A stretch of DNA of 64,000 nucleotides, taken from an uncultured Candidatus Binatia bacterium (GTDB taxonomy: Bacteria; Desulfobacterota; Binatia; Bin18). How positions within the stretch are numbered: position 1 is the first letter of the stretch; every line of letters starts with the position of its first letter. The stretch lies in contig OZ243961.1 in NCBI GenBank assembly GCA_965214605.1, forward strand, positions 1,120,001 through 1,184,000, written 5' to 3'. The translations under genes and the position numbers were made by a program. Shown in pieces: positions 49,609 through 60,417 of the stretch. The notes below the pieces were generated by a model. That model was given only the letters and a program-made list of their open reading frames with translations, searched no databases and was not told the DNA's origin.

Positions 49609-50097
49609 TCAGACCGCGACGACCGTCTCGACCTCCAGACTCAGCCGGTAGTCAATCGTCTCTTTGAGCAGTCCCTTGATGTAGCAGCCCTTTTCCGCCC
49701 GCTCGACGATCGCGCGGACCTGATCCTGAGACGCGCTGCTGCGGACAGTCAGCCTGACTTCAATCGTTTTCACAAAGCCTTTTTCATTCGTCCGGACCGA
49801 AATGGTCGCCCCGTCCAGCGGAACCCTCCGGGCCCGGGCTGTGATCTGCACCGACAGCAGCAGACAGCCGCACAGCGCCCCCAGAAAAGAGGTCACCGGG
49901 TCCGGTGCAGCCCCCCGCCCGCCCATCGCCCGCGGTTCGTCCAGCGTCCAGGCAAACGGTCCGGCCTGCACGTCAATGGTCAGGCTGTCGTGCTGCAGAG
50001 CGGCACAGGCATGACGAAAGCCGCCAGCCACCTTATGCGTCTGCTCAGGCGGCTTGTGCCAGCCTCGGACATAGGGACTGCGCGGTTCTTCATCCAT
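49609..50097 (-). CDS. OsmC/Ohr family protein
   Basis: DEPRAMGG...P.P...LGALCGC and distal AEKGC; GGAGG RBS. Confidence 0.85.
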   Translation of the reverse strand: MDEEPRSPYVRGWHKPPEQTHKVAGGFRHACAALQHDSLTIDVQAGPFAWTLDEPRAMGGRGAAPDPVTSFLGALCGCLLLSVQITARARRVPLDGATISVRTNEKGFVKTIEVRLTVRSSASQDQVRAIVERAEKGCYIKGLLKETIDYRLSLEVETVVAV

Positions 50098-51236
50098 GTC
50101 GTCCTCCTTGCCTCACACGATCTATTATACCGGAGCGGAACGCCCTGCAGAAAGACCCATCTCAATTAAAGTCCCAACCTGCCGACTCTACTATCAGTGC
50201 TTCATGAAGGAGACATGGAAGACCTGTCGGGAGAAGATACCGTGCTCAGACACTGCTACCCCCGCCCCGTGCGCCCTGACCGACCTTCGTCCTCCTCGTC
50301 CTGCCCGGTGGCGCAGCCCAGGGAGACGACTGTCCGGATTGAGAGAGAAGACTTCTGCAACTCCTTACATTCACTCCGAAAACCATTACCTCCTCACGTT
50401 TAAAAAAATCGGGGCCTCCGCCTCTAGAATGTACTATTACAGCCCAAACAGATGGATCGGCACTGTCGAAAAGACTCGCAAAACGACAGGATCCAGGGAC
50501 TCTGTCGCCAACGGCAAAATGTAACTCTAAACCGCCCCTCGACCAGATAAAAGAGGTGGTCAGAATGAACGAAAGACTTAGGGAGTTGTCGAAAGGGCCT
50601 GGCACTCCCGCCCGCCTGCCAAGTGTGGACGACTTTTCCTGAAAACCTTCATGCCCGAAGGCAAGAGGCTTGGTAGGTGGCCAGAAGCACAGGCCACTTT
50701 TTGATAGACTGTTTATGGACGATTTGCCACAAAGGACTCTCTCTTTCCCCCGTAGATTCACCTCCAGCAGATCATTCAAGGCGGCCAGCCTCGTCCATGG
50801 GGGGAACGCCGAAGGATTCGACCCCAGAACTTTCCTCCCCGCCTCGGGCACACCTGAAGGCATTTCCCTTGAGCCTGCCGCCGCTCATTGGCAAGGAAAT
50901 CGGAGCGCTTTTTTGAGGGAGAGAGGGGATTGACCTTCTCACCACTCCTTCCTCACTCCGGGTATCGCCTCTTTTCGGAGGGGCCCTTTTCCAAGAAGCC
51001 CCAGCTTCTTTATTTCAACCTCACCCCGATACCGTCTCGCGGACTTTGACAGTCCGGGGGGAATTCTCGCCGAGATTTTTGCGCTGTTCACTAATCGCCT
51101 CCAAGTTTCTCTCTGCTTCTAAGTTCTTGACACCTTGGGGGAAGCCTATGCGAAGCAAAACAAGCAGGGGTTTGCACGCCGGGCGGCGTTCGTGTATGGA
51201 ACACATTGCCGCCGAGCGGAGGGCGCACGCTCATCT

Positions 51237-52702
51237 GTGAACCGCACACTCAGCCTCAGCACAAAACTCGCCTACGGCGCGGGTCGGATGGCGTTCGCTG
51301 CCAAAGACGCCGCGTTCATCAATTTTGTGATGTTCTACTATACCCAGGTCCTGGGTATATCGGGCACGCTGACTGGCTTGGCGGCTTTGATCGGCCTGTG
51401 CAGCGATGCCCTCAGCGACCCCATCGTCGGCTCCTTCTCCGATAATTACCGCTCCCGCTACGGCCGCCGGCATCCGCTGATGGCCATCGCCCTCGTCCCT
51501 CTAGCCGTGTCCTTTGTCTTCCTCTTTACTCCTCCCTCGGGTCTGGGCGAGTTCGCCACCTTTGTGTGGCTGGCCGTGGTGTCGGTCCTGCTGCGGACCT
51601 TTCTGACCATCTTCTCCATTCCACACGATGCTCTGGGGGCCGAGCTGTCCCAGGATTACGAAGAGCGGTCGGTCATCATGGGCTATAAGACCTCGCTCGG
51701 CTGGCTCGCTGGCGTGATCCTGCCGGCCCTGTCGCTGGCCTTTGTGTTTCAGTCCCAGGACGGGACGGACGGACGCCTGATCGCCGGGAACTATGCGGTT
51801 TACGGCAGCCTGTCAGCGGTCTTTGTCCTGCTCGTTGGGGCTGTCACTTGCGTCTTTACCTGGCGGGAAATTCCCTATCTACCGGTCCCACCGGCCGTGC
51901 CCCAAGCCTTCCGTCTCCGCCAGCCGTTCATCGACATGTACCACGCCCTGGGCAACCATAATTTCCGCTGGCTGTTTGTCGCTCTGCTGTTCGCTCTGGC
52001 CAGCAGCGGCGTCTACGCCAGTCTGCTGCTGTATGTGAACACCTATTTCTGGGAGTTTTCGACCCGGCAACTAGCCCTGTTTTCCATCCCGTTTCTGCTG
52101 GCCACAGGCAGCGCCTTTGCTCTGGTTAGGCCGCTTGGCCGGCGCCTGGAAAAAAGCCAGATTTTACTGCTGTCACTGGGCGTGATTATTTTGAACGGCG
52201 GCTGGTGGTTCACGCTGAGGCTGATCGATGTCCTGCCAGCCAACGACGACCCATGGCTGTTTCAATGGCCTTGGTTCAGAGCTATGTCGGGGTTACGGCT
52301 ATTGTCCTGACCCAGATCATGGTTCCGTCTATTGTTGCCGACATTATTGACGAACACGAGTATAATACTGGCACGCGCAAAGAGGGCGTATTCTATGCTG
52401 GTCAGGCTTTTGCCACCAAAGCCACCACTGGCTTTGGACAACTTGCCGGCGGGATTGTGATTGACTTGATTGGACTGGACTCGGGCGCTGCGCCGGGCAC
52501 GCTTGATCCTAATATCGTGTGGAATCTGGGCTTTATCGTCGGGCCGGGGCTGTCGGCTAGCTTTCTGATTCCGCTGTTTTTGCTAAGCCGCATTCGCCTC
52601 GGTCGAGAGCGGCAGGGAGAACTCCGCCGGCTGCTTAACGAACGGCGCGGTCAATCGGTGATGTCAGTATCCGAGTCCACTCACTCCTCAAAGATCGCAT
52701 AA
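51237..52702 (+). pseudogene. GPH-family (MFS_2) sugar:cation symporter with one frameshift near 52263
   Basis: KLAYGAG, DPIVG..SD...SRYGRRHP, ELSQDYEER in one frame; ADIIDEHE...GTRKEG continues in another frame. Confidence 0.75.
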
Positions 52703-53571
52703 GCCTCCATATAGCCCATCTCAACTAGTTCCGCTCGCGGTGCCCTACGGGCCAGTTCTTCTCGAATCGGAGCCGTATCAATCGTCTTGGAAAAGCCGGG
52801 GAGCCAGTTATCATGATGGCCCAGAATAACCCGTCGGGAGCGGAGCATCTCGACCTGGCGGGCCACAAACTGGGCCAACGAGCCCTGAATCGGCTCACCA
52901 TCAATGTTGCCCCGACCGGCCGCGGCAACAATCGCTACATCGGGCCGTCGGTCGCGTAGAATGCCACTCCAGTGTCCAGACGTGTCTTGGTACAGTAGCG
53001 AGCCTTGGGGCGTCTCGAACATATAGACTAGCGCACCGCCGTCCCCGCGCGCGCCCTGGGCCGAGACTTTGAGATGTTCGACGACCTCCCCACCGAGAGC
53101 GCTGAGCTGCGTCCATAAGTCTTTGAGCCGCTCGATCTGCTCTTGATAGGTTACACCTCGTTCACCGATGCAAACCGCGTCGGAGTCCGGCATGGCGGTT
53201 TTCGACCACACACACGAGTGCTGACTAGGGTACACATCGACAGTCACCTGCGGCGCAAGCTGAATCTTTTCCCCGCCCGCCACCGGCATCAACTGAGCCT
53301 CCGGAACCCCCTGAGCAGCCATAACGCGGATGGATTCGTAGGAACCAATGATGGTCGCTCCGGTAGCTTTGGCAATTCGTTCTGCGCCGTACAGGTGATC
53401 AAAATGTGAGTGGCCAACCACAATCCAGTCGGCCTTTTGCACATCCTCGGTGGTCATACCGGTTGGGACTGCGCTTGGAACACGGTCGATATAGGCGTCC
53501 AGAAAAATAACCAGCCCATCAATACTGAGCCGAAACGTGGCGCAGCCAAGCCAATCTAAAGTTGTACTCAT
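52681..53571 (-). CDS. MBL-fold metallo-hydrolase (UlaG-like)
   Basis: WLGCAT, HSHFDH, GHHD motifs. Confidence 0.85.
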   Translation of the reverse strand: MSTTLDWLGCATFRLSIDGLVIFLDAYIDRVPSAVPTGMTTEDVQKADWIVVGHSHFDHLYGAERIAKATGATIIGSYESIRVMAAQGVPEAQLMPVAGGEKIQLAPQVTVDVYPSQHSCVWSKTAMPDSDAVCIGERGVTYQEQIERLKDLWTQLSALGGEVVEHLKVSAQGARGDGGALVYMFETPQGSLLYQDTSGHWSGILRDRRPDVAIVAAAGRGNIDGEPIQGSLAQFVARQVEMLRSRRVILGHHDNWLPGFSKTIDTAPIREELARRAPRAELVEMGYMEAYAIFEE

Positions 53572-53615
53572 GGTTTTCCCCCTTATCACCGCTTTTTACG
53601 CGCTTTCGCCTTGCG

Positions 53616-53645
53616 TTGACAATGCCCATCCGCCTGCGCTATACG
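53616..53645 (+). promoter_or_regulatory. sigma-70-type promoter, probably giving a leaderless mRNA
   Basis: TTGACA-18 nt-TATACG ending 8 nt before ATG 53654; no SD. Confidence 0.45.
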
Positions 53646-53653
53646 CCGCAGGC

Positions 53654-54439
53654 ATGTCAGACCGCACGCTTCTCATAGACAGACAAGGCGCCGTCGCCAC
53701 CCTCACCCTGAACCGCCCCGAGGCGATGAACGCGTTGTCGCGTGAGCTACGAACTCAGCTAGTGCAAGCGTTTGATCGGCTGCGCAACGATTCACAGGTA
53801 GGGGTGGTTATTCTGACGGGAGCCGGTGAACGGGCCTTTTGTGCCGGGCTAGACTTAAAGGAGTTGGGTCAAGCTGATTCCAACCTCACCCGAGACGTCG
53901 CTCCCGGCAACGAGCTTGACGTGGTCGAGGCCCTCAACCGGTTTGAGCGGCCAATTATTGGCGCCATCAACGGAGTTGCCATCACCGGCGGTTTTGAGCT
54001 AGCGCTGGCCTGCGACATCCTCATCGCCTCAACCGCGGCCCGGTTTGCCGATACCCATGCCCGGGTTGGGGTGATGCCCGGCTGGGGTCTAAGCCAGAAA
54101 CTGCCTCGACTGATTGGTATCTACCGGACCAAAGAGCTGGCGCTGACCGGCAATTTTGTGTCCGCCGAGCAGGCTGCAGACTGGGGCTTGGTAAATAGAG
54201 TTGTGGAGCCCCAGGACTTGTTACCGACCTGTCAGGCTCTGGCCGCAGATATACTGTCGTGCATGCCGGACATGCTGGTGAAGCTGAAACGGACTATCAA
54301 CACGGGGTTTGCCCAGACGCTGGCAGATGGACTGGCCACCGAGGCCAAGGAATGGCGTGAGCATCTGCGCCACGTCACCCCAGCGGCGATTGCCGCTCGA
54401 CGGATAGGCATCCAGCAACGGGGACGGGGCCAAAGCTAA
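53654..54439 (+). CDS. enoyl-CoA hydratase/isomerase family
   Basis: LNRPEAMNAL, AFCAGLDL, GGFELALACD motifs. Confidence 0.9.
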   Translation: MSDRTLLIDRQGAVATLTLNRPEAMNALSRELRTQLVQAFDRLRNDSQVGVVILTGAGERAFCAGLDLKELGQADSNLTRDVAPGNELDVVEALNRFERPIIGAINGVAITGGFELALACDILIASTAARFADTHARVGVMPGWGLSQKLPRLIGIYRTKELALTGNFVSAEQAADWGLVNRVVEPQDLLPTCQALAADILSCMPDMLVKLKRTINTGFAQTLADGLATEAKEWREHLRHVTPAAIAARRIGIQQRGRGQS

Positions 54440-54451
54440 AGGAACGCCTGT

Positions 54452-56008
54452 CTAGGGCCGGATCGTATAGGCTCGCGGCCCAATATGAGCTTTCAACTGG
54501 GGCTGGATCATCTCAACCCACTCACACAGGGACGGGCGGGTGTGGCGCGGGTCAATGAGATCATGGACACTGAAATTTTCGGCCCGCGTATATGGATTGC
54601 GCTGGGCTGCTACACGCTCCTCAATCTCTCGGCGTTTGGCATCCGGGTCGGGCGCGGCGGCAATCTCCCGCCGGAACGCCACCGCTACGCCACCCTCGAT
54701 CGGCAGGGCGCCTGACTCGGCAGAGGGCCAGGCTAAGACCGCACTGCCCGAGGCAAAGTGAGCGGCCCCTGCCACGCCGTACATCTTGCGCACAACGACC
54801 GAAATCCAGGGCACGCTGGACTGCATAATGGCAAACAGGGTCGCCGCGCCGTGACGTATGGTCGCCGCGCGCTCGGCCTCAGGACCGATCATAAAGCCCG
54901 GCTCATCAACCAGACTCACCACCGGCAGATGAAACGTATCACATAGATCAACGAAACGGCGCACTTTCTGGGCCGCATCCGCGGTCATTGCCCCGGCAAA
55001 CCACATCGGATCGTTGGCCAAGACCCCAACCGGATGACCGTTCAACCGGGCTAGCCCAATGACCTGCGACTGTCCGTACAGCGGCGATAACTCAAAGAAA
55101 GAGCCACGGTCCACAACGGCCTCGATAATCCGACGGATTGCATAGGCCCGGCGCCTATTGCGGGGAATAATTGAGAGCAGCTCTTCGTCTTGGCGGTTGG
55201 GGTCATCATCGCAGACCGTCAGCGGCGGTGTCTCCCAGATATGACTCGGGAGATAGCTGAGGAAGCGGCGTATCAGAGCCAACACTCCGGGCTCGTCGTC
55301 GGCCACATTATCGACCACCCCGCTGCTGAGGTGCACCTGCGCGCCCCCCAGCTCTTCTTTGGTATACAGCCGGCCAAACGCTCGTTCGACAATCGCTGGG
55401 CCAGCAATCATGACTTGGGCCGTCTGTTTGGTCATGACCGAAAAGTGCGAGGCCACGAGTCTGGCTGCGGGCAGGCCGGCAACAGCCCCGACCGCGGCCG
55501 ATACGACCGGGACCACGCTCATGACGTGCATGACCGACATAAAACGGTGCGGCGCATTGGCTGCACTACCACCGTCACCACCGGCCTGGCCTTTACCACG
55601 CGGCACACTCCCCCCCCCGCCCTCCAAAAAACGGATCAGAGGCATACGGTACTGGGCAGCCAGCTCTTCAATAAACACGCTCTTGCGCAGGCCAGCGGGC
55701 GTGGGTGAGCCGCCCCGCAGGGTAAAGTCTTCGCCCCCAACCACGCACGGCCGACCATCAATCTTGCCAAATCCCAACACATAGTTAGCCGGAGAGAAGG
55801 TTCGCAACTTGCCGTTTTCGTCGTTTTCCGAAGAGCCCGCGATACGACCCTGCTCACGAAACGAGCCCTCGTCAACCAGCCCAGTGCAACGCTCGCGAAT
55901 GGTCAGCCGTCCTTTGGCGTGCTGCTGCTTGACCGCCTCCGGACCGCCGTGTTCGAGGGCCAGTCTGCGGCGCAGTTCAATGCCGTCAACTTCCTTTTGC
56001 CAGCTCAT
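54452..56008 (-). CDS. acyl-CoA carboxylase carboxyltransferase subunit
   Basis: QHAKGRLTIRER, EELGG, DEPGFMIG, IDPR motifs; start MSWQKE at 56008. Confidence 0.88.
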   Translation of the reverse strand: MSWQKEVDGIELRRRLALEHGGPEAVKQQHAKGRLTIRERCTGLVDEGSFREQGRIAGSSENDENGKLRTFSPANYVLGFGKIDGRPCVVGGEDFTLRGGSPTPAGLRKSVFIEELAAQYRMPLIRFLEGGGGSVPRGKGQAGGDGGSAANAPHRFMSVMHVMSVVPVVSAAVGAVAGLPAARLVASHFSVMTKQTAQVMIAGPAIVERAFGRLYTKEELGGAQVHLSSGVVDNVADDEPGVLALIRRFLSYLPSHIWETPPLTVCDDDPNRQDEELLSIIPRNRRRAYAIRRIIEAVVDRGSFFELSPLYGQSQVIGLARLNGHPVGVLANDPMWFAGAMTADAAQKVRRFVDLCDTFHLPVVSLVDEPGFMIGPEAERAATIRHGAATLFAIMQSSVPWISVVVRKMYGVAGAAHFASGSAVLAWPSAESGALPIEGGVAVAFRREIAAAPDPDAKRREIEERVAAQRNPYTRAENFSVHDLIDPRHTRPSLCEWVEMIQPQLKAHIGPRAYTIRP

Positions 56009-56049
56009 GACTCTCTTTCCATCGAGTTTGTTGGAGAAGGGGTGTGGAG

Positions 56050-56402
56050 GGGCCCAACTGTCGATCTCCGGTGGCGTAAAAATCAGCGTCGGCAGGGGAG
56101 TGCCCTTATCGCTGGAGTCGGGCACGGTTTGAATCTTGCTGAAGCCATGTTTATCAACCTCATCTGTAGGAACAACCATGTGTACAGGAAATATGGGCCC
56201 ACTCACCGCCCGAAAATTCACGCGGCAAGGTTTCCTCTGAGGGAGCGACGATCACGCTCACCTTCTCACCAAAGATCACCCCTTTGACATCGACAAAGCC
56301 AAACAGGCTGCCCTGGCTGATACTCTTGGCGTAGACTTCGTAGACCCAGCCGTGATTCAAGACAACGACTCTGTGGAGGCGTTTTTTTGCGGCCGCAAAC
56401 AT
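56050..56402 (-). pseudogene. frameshifted DUF1820-like gene
   Basis: NHGWVYEVYAKSI.QG.LFGFV....IFGE..VIV.PSEE.L..EF, then PVH.V..DEVDKHG.SKI in another frame; 3' end approximate. Confidence 0.65.
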
Positions 56403-56405
56403 ACG

Positions 56406-56852
56406 CTAAAAATCAATCAGCTCAAGGATAGTTCCGTCCGGGTCGGTAAAACACGCAAAACTGGCCCTCCCCTGGTTGGGAAAGTTGAGTTCTTGAGGTT
56501 CTGAGAAAAACTCGACCCCCCTGGCTTTGAGGTCCTCGTAGACCTGGGGAAGATTTTTTGTTTTCAGCGCCAAGCGGGCCATTCCTACATGGTAGAGGTG
56601 AGGATAGGGCTGACCCGCAGTCCTGGGATTTTTCCACTCAATCAGGTCAATCCGCGTAGCGTGCGGGTCCTCGCCCAGCATCAGCAGGGCCGCCCTCCCC
56701 CGCCCGTCTGGAATTCGCAGACCCGTGTTTAAGGATTTCCCCCCACCTTCTCCGAGGTCGGCCACGACTCTGAAGCCAAGCATTTGGTAAAATTCAAGCG
56801 AGCGCTCAAAGTTGGTCACGTTGATATTAATGTGAAAGATACCCTGGATCAT
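56406..56852 (-). CDS. VOC/glyoxalase family protein
   Basis: HININV..FERSLEFY and DPDGTILEL motifs. Confidence 0.88.
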   Translation of the reverse strand: MIQGIFHININVTNFERSLEFYQMLGFRVVADLGEGGGKSLNTGLRIPDGRGRAALLMLGEDPHATRIDLIEWKNPRTAGQPYPHLYHVGMARLALKTKNLPQVYEDLKARGVEFFSEPQELNFPNQGRASFACFTDPDGTILELIDF

Positions 56853-56871
56853 ACTTCTCTCCCCAAATTAT

Positions 56872-58071
56872 CTAGGGTTGACGGACAAGACGCTGTGGTG
56901 GCAGGGCCGGCAGTATATTTTCTAGCTCAGTTTCAAGGACCTCTTCGGCGACAAACCCGGTAAACGCTCGCTTGATTTTGCCATCGGGCGCGAACAAAAA
57001 GCTGCTAGGCAGCGCAAACACCTGATAGCGCGCCCCGATAGCCTGCTCAGTGTCCCGACCAATGGCGTACGGAATGCGGTATTGGTCGACAAATTTCTTG
57101 ACTCCGTCCTCTTCACTCTGGAGTGCCACACCAATGACCGCAAAGCCCCGGCTCTTGTACTTATTATACATCCGCACCAGGGCAGGCGTCTCGACCACAC
57201 ACGGACCGCACCAGGGCGCCCAGAAGTTGACCAGGACGACCTTACCGTAATAGTCGCCTAGGCTGACCTGCTCGCTATCAATCGTGGTCAGGGTGAAATT
57301 GTAACTGCCATAGCGGCTATCAGCCGGGTTGAGCGCCGCTGGACTGGTCAGCTCAGTCGTCACCAACAGCTGTTCAGGATTGAGAAACGTCAGCCGTGAG
57401 GAGATCCACGATATTTTGTCGCTGAAGATCAAAATTCCGACCACCAGCAGCAATACGCCGCTAGTAATCTCAAATCGTCGCAGATGGGCTCTCAGCCCGC
57501 CAAACGTGGCCAAAAATCCGTTCAAAAAAGCGGCAGCCAGGATAAACGGAATACCCAGGCCGAGTGAATAGACGGCCAGCAGCAACACCCCTTGGCTTAG
57601 AGTCTCGGCCGTTGCCGCTAGGGCCAGAATGGCGGCCAGGATCGGCCCCACACACGGGGTCCAGCCGAAGGCAAACATCAGTCCGGCAACAAAGGCCCGG
57701 ACCATTCCCGGCGGTGTGTTCTGACCAGAAAGACGGCGCTCTCGTGACAGACCGGGGATGGGGACAAGCCCGGTCAGATGGAGCCCGAGCAGCATAATCC
57801 CAACACCGGCTATGCTCTTGAGCAAACCGAGATGTGAGCGTAACAGGACGCTCAGCGCTGAGGCACCCGCGCCAAGCGCAATAAAGACCAGTGAGAAACC
57901 CAGCACAAACGGCAGGCTCTTCAATAGAGCGCTCCGCGACCGCCCCTGGCTCAGCTCATCAAAGCTCAGGCCGGTAATAAACGTCAGATAGCCGGGAACA
58001 ATAGGTAAGACACATGGAGAGGCAAACGACAGAAAACCGGCCAATAGAGCAATACCGAGTCCAATATCCAT
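56872..58071 (-). CDS. CcdA membrane domain fused to a TlpA-like redoxin (DipZ-like)
   Basis: SPCVLP and WTPCVGP CcdA motifs; C-terminal NFWAPWCGPC. Confidence 0.9.
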   Translation of the reverse strand: MDIGLGIALLAGFLSFASPCVLPIVPGYLTFITGLSFDELSQGRSRSALLKSLPFVLGFSLVFIALGAGASALSVLLRSHLGLLKSIAGVGIMLLGLHLTGLVPIPGLSRERRLSGQNTPPGMVRAFVAGLMFAFGWTPCVGPILAAILALAATAETLSQGVLLLAVYSLGLGIPFILAAAFLNGFLATFGGLRAHLRRFEITSGVLLLVVGILIFSDKISWISSRLTFLNPEQLLVTTELTSPAALNPADSRYGSYNFTLTTIDSEQVSLGDYYGKVVLVNFWAPWCGPCVVETPALVRMYNKYKSRGFAVIGVALQSEEDGVKKFVDQYRIPYAIGRDTEQAIGARYQVFALPSSFLFAPDGKIKRAFTGFVAEEVLETELENILPALPPQRLVRQP

Positions 58072-58141
58072 AGCGACACGTCTTCGTAATATGGGATCAC
58101 GCTCCCCCCAGGGGGAACAGTCCAGGCCGGACGCGATCCGT

Positions 58142-58233
<92 letters not shown>

Positions 58234-58313
58234 ACGCGGCTGAGCTTTTACTATACGGCATTTCCCATACACGCGTAAAGGGTGACGCGGCAGGGGTACG
58301 CCTCCACCCCGCC

Positions 58314-58778
58314 TTAGCACGCGTTGACTTTTCGCTTGGCCTGGAAGAAGGATCGTAACAGGGCTCGCCCCTCTTGGGCGCGCACTCCGGCCACGACCTC
58401 AATCCGGTGATTCAGGCGCACGTCATGCGCGAGATCATACACTGAGCCTGCAGCCCCTGCCCTAGGGTCGGGACAGCCAAAGACCAGCCGCTCGACCCGG
58501 GCCTGAATGAGTGCCCCCATGCACATTACACATGGCTCAACCGTAACGTATAGGGTCGCGCCAACTAGCCGGTAGTTCCCAACGGTCCGCGCAGCTTCGC
58601 GCACGGCCTGAATCTCGGCGTGGGCGGTCGGATCGGAGCGACTAATCGGGCGGTTGTACCCCCACCCCAGACACCGGCCTTCTCGCACGACCAGCGCTCC
58701 GACCGGTACCTCACCCGCCTGCTCGGCACGCCGGGCTTGGTCGAGCGCCTGCGCCATCCAATACGCGTGCTTACTCAT
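58314..58778 (-). CDS. tadA: tRNA adenosine(34) deaminase
   Basis: GEVPVGA, HAE, EPCVMC motifs. Confidence 0.94.
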   Translation of the reverse strand: MSKHAYWMAQALDQARRAEQAGEVPVGALVVREGRCLGWGYNRPISRSDPTAHAEIQAVREAARTVGNYRLVGATLYVTVEPCVMCMGALIQARVERLVFGCPDPRAGAAGSVYDLAHDVRLNHRIEVVAGVRAQEGRALLRSFFQAKRKVNAC

Positions 58779-60393
58779 ACACCGCCCGGTATAGGTTGCC
58801 GATAGGAGTCACACCGCCCTGTCCCCCGACCAGTCGTTCGACCTCCAGACCGTAGGCTTCAATCGCCGCCACCAGCTCTTGGCCCCAGACTCGAACCTGG
58901 TGGGGGACCCCGGGCGAGAAGAGATCCGACACAAACAGCAGCTTTTCTTGGGGTAGAAAAACCATCAACATGCCCTCGGCGTGCGAGTTGTTAACCGGAT
59001 AGATCTCAACGGTCCGTTGGCCGTCGGTCAGGACCTTCTTGTCCTGACCGACGGTTTCAATGACTGCCGGCCTAGGATAGCGATGGAGACGATCGGGCAC
59101 GACGGTATGCGGTGCGTCGAAAACTTGTTGCAAAAACACCACGTTGGCCTGGCTGGTGACTAGACTGATGCCGGCCGCGACATAGGTCCGCAGTCCACCG
59201 GCGTGGTCGTCATGAAAATGGGTGTTGATGACCGTTCGCAGCGGTTTACCGGGAAACCGTCGCTCCAGACTGTCAATAACCCGCAGCGATCGAGCCTCGT
59301 ACAGTGGCGCTTCAACAACGATGACGTGGTCGGCCATGGCGATGCCTAAGCTGTGATGGCTGCCGCCGGTGACGTGCACCACTCCCGGGGCGACATCAAG
59401 TATCCGAATCCGAGTTTGCTCTTCATCTACCGGGTTGGCCATAGCGATCCGTCGCAGCAGCCAGTGCGAGCTCAGCTCACCTCGGTCCGGACTGCCGTTA
59501 TCGGCCTGTAGAATGTGCGAGGGCAGCGCAAAGGATTGCTCCGCAAACGGGACGTTATTGTCAATCGACTCGACCCGTTCGGTCATGATGAGTTGGCCGT
59601 TCAACCGCCACAGAGAGGAAAACGGCATCTTAATGTCCCCCACCTGCCGCCAATCAGCGAAGAAGAGTTCGTTGTGACTATCACCGTACAGGGGATCATC
59701 TTCGAGAAACTGGACCCTGGTCAGCAGACGGGTCTGGGCGTCCAGGGCTGCAACCACCGATTTCCCTCCGTCATTGTAGGCGATCACATAGTGCAGCCGG
59801 CCACGAATGACCTGATCGCGCAGCCGTAAGAGCGAGGTCTGTCGGGACAGGGCCATCAGCAGCACCGAGACGGGCGAACGACCCAGCTCTTTTTTGCGCA
59901 TGGCAATTCGGGCGGCCGACGCCGCCCGCTGGTGGGGACCGCGTGGGCCATCGGCACCAAGGATGATGCTGCTATAGCCGTCGCTGATTTCGGTGTAGAT
60001 CGACCGGTCTGGAAGAGGAAAAAAGGTGTCGCGTTGCCACTCATAGCGGTAGCGGCCGCCAGCAAAGTCGCGCAGGAGAATATAGCAGAAGCGCGAGACT
60101 TTAGGCGCTGGGGCGCCCGGACGAATGGCGTGGGCGGGTTCAAAATTTTCCCCACAGGCCAGGATCTGCTGGCTCTCAATCGCCAGCAGGGCCTTAGACC
60201 CACCCATGGCTGCGACCGCAGAGTCCAGATAGATCTTGGCCGTCTGGGCACCTATCTGCGGAGCAGATAGAAAGACTAAGCTGAGCGCCGCCAGGCCGTA
60301 GCCCGCTCGCCACCGGGGATATCTGTTTGAGGCCGCGCTCAGAAGCGGACAGGGTCGGTGGTAAGCGAAGGAGCGTTTCATCGACGCGAACAA
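58771..60393 (-). CDS. exported MBL-fold protein with N-terminal beta domain
   Basis: Signal-like segment, THFHDDH, HAEGML, SDLF motifs; start uncertain. Confidence 0.8.
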   Translation of the reverse strand: MFASMKRSFAYHRPCPLLSAASNRYPRWRAGYGLAALSLVFLSAPQIGAQTAKIYLDSAVAAMGGSKALLAIESQQILACGENFEPAHAIRPGAPAPKVSRFCYILLRDFAGGRYRYEWQRDTFFPLPDRSIYTEISDGYSSIILGADGPRGPHQRAASAARIAMRKKELGRSPVSVLLMALSRQTSLLRLRDQVIRGRLHYVIAYNDGGKSVVAALDAQTRLLTRVQFLEDDPLYGDSHNELFFADWRQVGDIKMPFSSLWRLNGQLIMTERVESIDNNVPFAEQSFALPSHILQADNGSPDRGELSSHWLLRRIAMANPVDEEQTRIRILDVAPGVVHVTGGSHHSLGIAMADHVIVVEAPLYEARSLRVIDSLERRFPGKPLRTVINTHFHDDHAGGLRTYVAAGISLVTSQANVVFLQQVFDAPHTVVPDRLHRYPRPAVIETVGQDKKVLTDGQRTVEIYPVNNSHAEGMLMVFLPQEKLLFVSDLFSPGVPHQVRVWGQELVAAIEAYGLEVERLVGGQGGVTPIGNLYRAVYE

Positions 60394-60417
60394 CGAAGAC
60401 TCTCACACCTCGTGCGA

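Noticed and set aside
49609-50097. OsmC and the CcdA-redoxin fusion as further selenoproteins
   Set aside because: Their redox positions are ordinary Cys codons in uninterrupted frames.
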